The position numbers and the translations under genes are program-made. Of a stretch of DNA of 59,621 nt, positions 55,237-59,621 are shown in pieces. Source of the stretch: an uncultured Clostridia bacterium (GTDB lineage: Bacteria; Bacillota; Clostridia; Oscillospirales; CAG-272); contig CANQWE010000005.1 of assembly GCA_947627475.1 (NCBI GenBank), positions 1 through 59,621 on the forward strand, written 5' to 3'. Numbering within the stretch: position 1 is the stretch's first letter; each line of letters starts with the position of its first letter. The notes below the pieces were generated by a model that did no database searches, was not told the origin of the DNA, and saw only the letters and a list, made by a program, of their open reading frames with translations.

Positions 55237-55875
55237 ATGATCAAAATAGAGAGAACCAGTGTAATGAACCTGGACAATGCCATACGCGGCGCAAGAAATC
55301 CTATGAACAGCTGGGGGAGAAGCGACAGCACCTACGATGAGAAGGGCGCTTTTATTTTGGGTCCAAACGACTTGAATCTGGCCCGCCAGCTGGCTGTCTC
55401 CGGTTCCGACCACCGCAAATACCTACGTATGGTTTTTGTATCCGTAGATATCACCGCCCCTCTGTACTGGTGGAAGGAATACGACACCTACAAGGTAGGC
55501 ACAGTGGCCAACTCTACCAGTACCATGCACAAAATTCACGCATCTCCCTTTTCCCGCAGCGATTTCAGCTGCGATCGTATGAGCGAAGGGGCCCTGGCCT
55601 GTCTGGACAACGTGATCGCATATCTGGAAGAGGCGCGGATGCGCTATAATGACACAAAGGACAAAGTCCACTGGCACGATATGATCCAGCTGCTTCCTGC
55701 CTCTTATAATCAAATGCGCACCTGCACCATGAATTATGAAAACTTGATTAACATATATTACGCCAGACGGGGGCACAAGCTGCCGGAATGGCACGTATTC
55801 TGTGAATGGATCGAAAATCTCCCGTATGCACAGCAGCTGATTCTTGTTAAAAGGGAAGATGCCGCTAAAAAATAA
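55237..55875 (+). CDS. ThyX-fold (Thy1-like) protein lacking the canonical RHR...S motif
   Basis: 212 aa. By eye it is collinear with ThyX (ITAPLYWWKEYDTYKVGTVANSTSTMH where ThyX has [24 protein letters not shown]; later LLPASYNQMRTCTMNYENLINIYYARRGH versus [25 protein letters not shown]). Confidence 0.5.
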   Translation: MIKIERTSVMNLDNAIRGARNPMNSWGRSDSTYDEKGAFILGPNDLNLARQLAVSGSDHRKYLRMVFVSVDITAPLYWWKEYDTYKVGTVANSTSTMHKIHASPFSRSDFSCDRMSEGALACLDNVIAYLEEARMRYNDTKDKVHWHDMIQLLPASYNQMRTCTMNYENLINIYYARRGHKLPEWHVFCEWIENLPYAQQLILVKREDAAKK

Positions 55876-55905
55876 TACGTTTTCAGCAGAAAGGATCTGT
55901 CACCT

Positions 55906-57075
55906 ATGAATCCGGACGCAGCAAAATCTCGGTTGGATGCCGGGAGACGGGCAGGTATTGTAGGGATCATCTGCAATATCCTGCTGTTTCTTATAAAAAT
56001 TACCACAGGCGTGCTCACCGGCAGCATGTCCATTGTAGCAGACGCGATCAATAACCTGTCCGACGCCGGAAGCTCCGTCTTCGTTTTAGTAGGATATGTG
56101 TTTGCAGCCCGTCCGGCAGACAAAGAGCACCCCTATGGTCATGCCAGGGCAGAATATCTTTGCGGACTCTTTATTTCTATCATCGTATGTGTTTTGGGAA
56201 TAGAATTGCTGCGCAGTTCCGTTCAGCAGCTATTTGACGGCGGCAGCGGTGCGGCGTTCAGTACCGTTTCCATTGTGGTTATGAGCGCAACTGTCGCTGT
56301 GAAGGGGGCCATGGCGCTGTACTACCATATGATTGCCCGGCGGATCGGTTCCCAGGCCCTGCGGGCTTCTGCTGTGGACAGCGTAGGAGATATGTGCGCC
56401 ACCGGCGCAGTGGTTGCCGCCATGTTTCTTTCCAAGATCACAGGCCCGCTTACAGACGCGGTGCTGGGCTGCATCATTGCCATCTATATTTTGGTACTGG
56501 GCATCAAGCTGACCAAAGAGGCCTCCGGAACCCTGCTGGGCACAGCGCCGGACAAGGAATTTACTGCCCAGATCATCCGCCGTATCCGGGAATATGAGGG
56601 CGTTTTGGGAATCCATGATCTGGTGATCCACAGCTATGGCAGAGACCGCTACTTTGTATCGGTGCACGTGGAAGTAGATGCGGAAAAAGACGTGATGATC
56701 TCTCACGACATGATTGATAATATTGAAGAAGATTTTCGCAGGGAGAGGGGAATCCACATGGTGATTCATATGGATCCTATCCAATATAAAGACGCCCATG
56801 TAAATGAAATCCGTGCCAAAGTTGCCGGGATCATCGGGCAGCTTTCGTCTCAGTATTCTTCCCCCGCTTCTATGCATGATTTTCGCGTGGTATCAGGGGT
56901 TACCCACTCCAATTTGATTTTCGACGTAGCAATTACCAACGACTTTCCCGTAGGAGATGAAGCACTCTGCACTGAATTGCAGGGAGAGATCAAAAAACTG
57001 GATCCCAGCTACAACGCGGTGATCACTGTAGACAGGGAATACTCCTCCAACCGGTTTGGAAATAAAATGGAATGA
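55906..57075 (+). CDS. Cation diffusion facilitator family transporter
   Basis: 389 aa. Six TMs with SIVADAINNLSDA and HARAEYL-type motifs, plus a C-terminal cytoplasmic domain. Confidence 0.85.
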   Translation: MNPDAAKSRLDAGRRAGIVGIICNILLFLIKITTGVLTGSMSIVADAINNLSDAGSSVFVLVGYVFAARPADKEHPYGHARAEYLCGLFISIIVCVLGIELLRSSVQQLFDGGSGAAFSTVSIVVMSATVAVKGAMALYYHMIARRIGSQALRASAVDSVGDMCATGAVVAAMFLSKITGPLTDAVLGCIIAIYILVLGIKLTKEASGTLLGTAPDKEFTAQIIRRIREYEGVLGIHDLVIHSYGRDRYFVSVHVEVDAEKDVMISHDMIDNIEEDFRRERGIHMVIHMDPIQYKDAHVNEIRAKVAGIIGQLSSQYSSPASMHDFRVVSGVTHSNLIFDVAITNDFPVGDEALCTELQGEIKKLDPSYNAVITVDREYSSNRFGNKME

Positions 57076-57081
57076 TTTTTC

Positions 57082-57112
57082 AGGGCGCTTTATGGAAGGC
57101 GCCCTTTGTTTT
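57082..57112 (+). terminator. Rho-independent terminator after the CDF gene
   Basis: AGGGCGCtttatggaagGCGCCCT followed by TTGTTTT. Confidence 0.75.
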
Positions 57113-57126
57113 AAAAAATTTGGCTC

Positions 57127-57290
57127 AGACACCCCCTCCGTCGCTGTCGCGGCCCCCCACACCGGTGTTTCGCAAGCGAAACACAAGACAGGGGAGGCTT
57201 AAAGCTTGGCAGAGTCCCCTTTTCCTTTGTGTAGGGGCAGGAGCTAAGATACATAGAGGGGGAGATCAGCATAGCTGCCGGGGAAGAGAC
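57127..57290 (+). repeat. Mosaic intergenic repeat, copy f (modules C-D with nested hairpin-A-B-like)
   Basis: ACACCCCCTCCGtcgctgtcgcGGCCCCCCACACCGGTGTTTCgcaagcGAAACACAAGACAGGGGAGGCttaaagcttggcagagTCCCCTTTTCCTTTGTGTAGGGGCAGG...GGGGGAGATCAGCATAGCTGCCGGGGAAG. Confidence 0.7.
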
Positions 57291-57410
57291 ATGCAGACCG
57301 GGTTTCAATCACCCTTCTGCTGAGACAGAGTTAAAAATTGATACAACTTTAAAACCAGGCAGATTTTTTGTCGAGATATTAGATAAGAGACAGAGAAAGG
57401 GAATACTGCT

Positions 57411-57974
57411 ATGGAAGATGAAAAAATCCTGTCGCTGTACTGGCAGCGGGATGAATCTGCGATACAGGAAACCAAAGACAAATATGGTCCCTATCTTTAC
57501 AAAATTGCGTACAACATTTTGTGCAGTCTTCAAGACAGCGAGGAAAGCGTAAACGACACCTACCTTGCCGCCTGGGATTCTATGCCGCCTCACAGACCCA
57601 ACGTATTATCCACCTATCTGGGTAAACTTACAAGAAGGATCTCCATTGACATCTTTCGGAGAAAGAATCGGGATAAACGCCAGGCATCGGAATATGCCCT
57701 TTCTCTGGATGAACTGGCAGACTGTATTTCTGCAAGGGACGGCGGTCCTGAACAGGTACTGGAAGCACAGCTGCTGGCAGATGCGATTGGAGATTTTCTC
57801 CGCTCGATTTCAGAAGACGCCCGCAATCTTTTTATAGGCAGATATTATTTTCTCGATCCGCTCAAAGAAACAGCCAGGTATTGCGGTATGAGTGAGAGCA
57901 AGGCAAAAAGCATGCTTTTTCGCACAAGATGCAGTCTCAGGGCCTATCTGGAAAAGGAGGGATTTGATCTATGA
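57411..57974 (+). CDS. ECF-type sigma-70 family RNA polymerase sigma factor
   Basis: 187 aa. Region 2 (ESVNDTYLAAW) and a region 4 HTH (ETARYCGMSESKAKSMLFRTRCSLRAYL). Confidence 0.9.
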   Translation: MEDEKILSLYWQRDESAIQETKDKYGPYLYKIAYNILCSLQDSEESVNDTYLAAWDSMPPHRPNVLSTYLGKLTRRISIDIFRRKNRDKRQASEYALSLDELADCISARDGGPEQVLEAQLLADAIGDFLRSISEDARNLFIGRYYFLDPLKETARYCGMSESKAKSMLFRTRCSLRAYLEKEGFDL

Positions 57975-58582
57975 GACAGAATAAACTCCACGACGCACTG
58001 GGCCTTCTGGATGACGATCTGATCGAAGCAGTAGAGAAACTAAGGAGCGGAGCTCCCAAAAAGCGGGTTTCCATGTATTGGATCTCTGCTGCTGCCTGCC
58101 TGTGCATTGCTGCAGTTGTCCTCTTCGCTGCAGAAAAGTTTGTACAGCCGCTCCTGGATAGGCAGAGCGCGGATGGACTGAAATATGAAGGCTATGACAA
58201 TGTAGCCAGTGTTGAAAGCGGCAATACAGATGAAAGCGGCGAGGCTGTTTTCTCTCTCTCTCTTCTGCTCAAAATAACATCTTGGAGAGAAAACGGTTTT
58301 ACAGGCACTGTAGCAGGCATTTTAGACACTGAGAGTTATACCGTTGGCACAGAGCTGACCGTTTTGTTTTCAGAGGATGTTTCCTATTATCCAGGGGAGG
58401 AATCCAGCGCCAAAGAGGGAGCGCCTACCAGTAAGGACTTCCCTGTCGGGACCACAGTTTGGGTACAATTTCATGGTGTTTCGGAAAACGCACCGGAAGC
58501 AGGGACGGAAGAAAGCATTTTGGTTGCCAAGAGCATCGGACCGGCCAGTTTGGCTTCCGCACCGGCAGATACAACCGAATGA
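57971..58582 (+). CDS. Single-pass membrane protein, putative anti-sigma factor
   Basis: 203 aa. ATGA overlap with the sigma gene. N-terminal LLDDDLIEAVEKL segment, then a TM (YWISAAACLCIAAVVLFAA). The role is assigned from position only. Confidence 0.5.
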   Translation: MRQNKLHDALGLLDDDLIEAVEKLRSGAPKKRVSMYWISAAACLCIAAVVLFAAEKFVQPLLDRQSADGLKYEGYDNVASVESGNTDESGEAVFSLSLLLKITSWRENGFTGTVAGILDTESYTVGTELTVLFSEDVSYYPGEESSAKEGAPTSKDFPVGTTVWVQFHGVSENAPEAGTEESILVAKSIGPASLASAPADTTE

Positions 58583-58601
58583 ATGAAAGGATGACACAAA
58601 A

Positions 58602-59621
58602 ATGAAAAGAAATCTGTTTGCAGCCACCGCGCTGATTCTCATACTGGCCACACTGTTCTCCATGGCAGGATGCGCCTCCGGTATACAGGCTAAAAACCTG
58701 ATGGAAGGGATCACACCGAGAGATGTAGACACTATAGAAAATCTGTTCGAATTAAGCGTCCCGATCACGGATTTTGCGATTCGTCTGTTTGCAGCCAACC
58801 AGGGAGAGGGGGAAAATACCCTGCTGTCCCCTTTGTCTGTGCTGTACGCACTGGCCATGACCGTCAACGGGGCCGGAGGCGAAACTCTTGCACAGATCCA
58901 GTCGGTGCTGGGTATGGAAAAACAAACGCTGAATCAGTACCTCCACCGTTATATGGAGCAGCTGTCCGGGGACGATACGAATGCATTATGCCTTGCAAAC
59001 TCCGTCTGGTTTACCGATGACGAGCGCTTTACCGTAAAGGAAGATTTCCTGCAGTGCAATGCGGATTACTACGGCGCCGATATTTACCGCGCGCCATTTG
59101 ACAGTTCCACATGCAAGGATATCAACAGCTGGGTAAAAAGGAAAACCAACGACAGGATCCCGGAAATTCTCGATGAGATCCCGGAAGATGCAGTGATGTA
59201 TCTTGTAAACGCTCTGACTTTTGATGCCCAGTGGAATGAGATTTACAAAAAAGACCAGGTCCGCAGTGATACATTTACCGCCGCAGACGGCACAGGCCAA
59301 CCGGCAGAATTTATGTACGGCGAAGAGACGGACTATCTGGAAGACGAATGGGCCACAGGCTTTATGAAATATTATAAAGACAAAAAATACGCTTTTGTCG
59401 CCCTGCTGCCCAGGGAAGATATCAGTGTAACAGATTATATTGCTTCTTTGAACGGAGCACATTTGCAAACGCTGCTTTCCAATCCACAGCAGACCGCCGT
59501 CAACACCGCTATTCCAAAGTTCGAAACCCAGTTCAGCATGGAAATGTCCACGGTTCTAAAAGCTATGGGAATGGAAAATGCATTCCACGAAGGGGCGGAT
59601 TTCAGCGGAATCGGATCATCC
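58602..59621 (+). CDS. Serpin-family protease inhibitor lipoprotein, 3' end cut by the window edge
   Basis: Not in the ORF track (open at the edge). My translation gives MKRNLFAATALILILATLFSMAGC (lipobox)...NTLLSPLSVLYALAMTVNGAGGETLAQI...ANSVWF...INSWVKRKTNDRIPEIL...LVNALTFDAQW...FVALLP, which is typical serpin. Confidence 0.85.
   Translation, partial: MKRNLFAATALILILATLFSMAGCASGIQAKNLMEGITPRDVDTIENLFELSVPITDFAIRLFAANQGEGENTLLSPLSVLYALAMTVNGAGGETLAQIQSVLGMEKQTLNQYLHRYMEQLSGDDTNALCLANSVWFTDDERFTVKEDFLQCNADYYGADIYRAPFDSSTCKDINSWVKRKTNDRIPEILDEIPEDAVMYLVNALTFDAQWNEIYKKDQVRSDTFTAADGTGQPAEFMYGEETDYLEDEWATGFMKYYKDKKYAFVALLPREDISVTDYIASLNGAHLQTLLSNPQQTAVNTAIPKFETQFSMEMSTVLKAMGMENAFHEGADFSGIGSS

Noticed and set aside
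57340-57400. ECF-type autoregulatory promoter (AAC-N16/17-CGT-like) upstream of the sigma factor gene.
   Set aside because: Only a loose AAACC...GTCGA arrangement is present. I could not support a specific -35/-10 pair.
1-59621. Search for tRNA, rRNA or tmRNA genes, CRISPR arrays, transposases, integrases, prophage genes, and known defence systems (restriction-modification, toxin-antitoxin pairs, Abi, CBASS and similar).
   Set aside because: I found no cloverleaf-like sequences, regularly spaced direct repeats or recognisable mobile/defence protein motifs in any frame. The window appears to be core chromosome apart from the small AT-rich insertions described.

Overview
This 59.6 kb window looks like core chromosome from an endospore-forming Clostridia-type Firmicute. 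The evidence is spo0A, the ctsR-mcsA-mcsB-clpC operon, a YetF/DUF421 gene and Amidase_3. An Oscillospiraceae/Ruminococcaceae-like origin is only an inference. I support about 58 protein-coding genes, mostly housekeeping:
- nagA-nagB plus a ROK kinase
- an ABC exporter pair
- mtaB and upp
- an overlapping rluA-lnt-rluA trio
- murA, then trmK-nif3
- a two-component system
- secA, metN-metI-metQ, and spo0A
- mscL, dusB-lepA, comM, nrdR
- two M23 peptidases
- a CDF transporter
- an ECF sigma / putative anti-sigma / serpin cluster

I recognised no rRNA, tRNA, CRISPR array, transposase, integrase or phage module.

The main things worth a second look:
1. A mosaic GC-rich hairpin repeat family sits in at least seven intergenic regions (BIME/REP-like). 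The largest copy lies in the metN leader, where I found no S-box or T-box.
2. An uncharacterised GGGtGRT-family gene is translationally coupled to a NifU-like scaffold gene.
3. A ThyX-fold paralog lacks the RHR...S motif.
4. An AT-rich island between lepA and comM contains a consensus promoter, a 24-aa ORF, a terminator, a lipoprotein gene and an M23 peptidase. The peptidase has a frameshifted signal peptide and a novel His/Cys-rich 33-aa repeat tail.
5. A second unannotated small ORF (36 aa) has its own consensus promoter, RBS and terminator.
6. An ATTACCA/TGGTAAT repeat array lies in front of spo0A.
7. An AT-rich DUF3788 gene is wedged inside the met transporter operon.
8. A DUF4180 gene carries two lesions.

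All family assignments come from reading the translations by eye. No searches were run, and GC statements are visual estimates.
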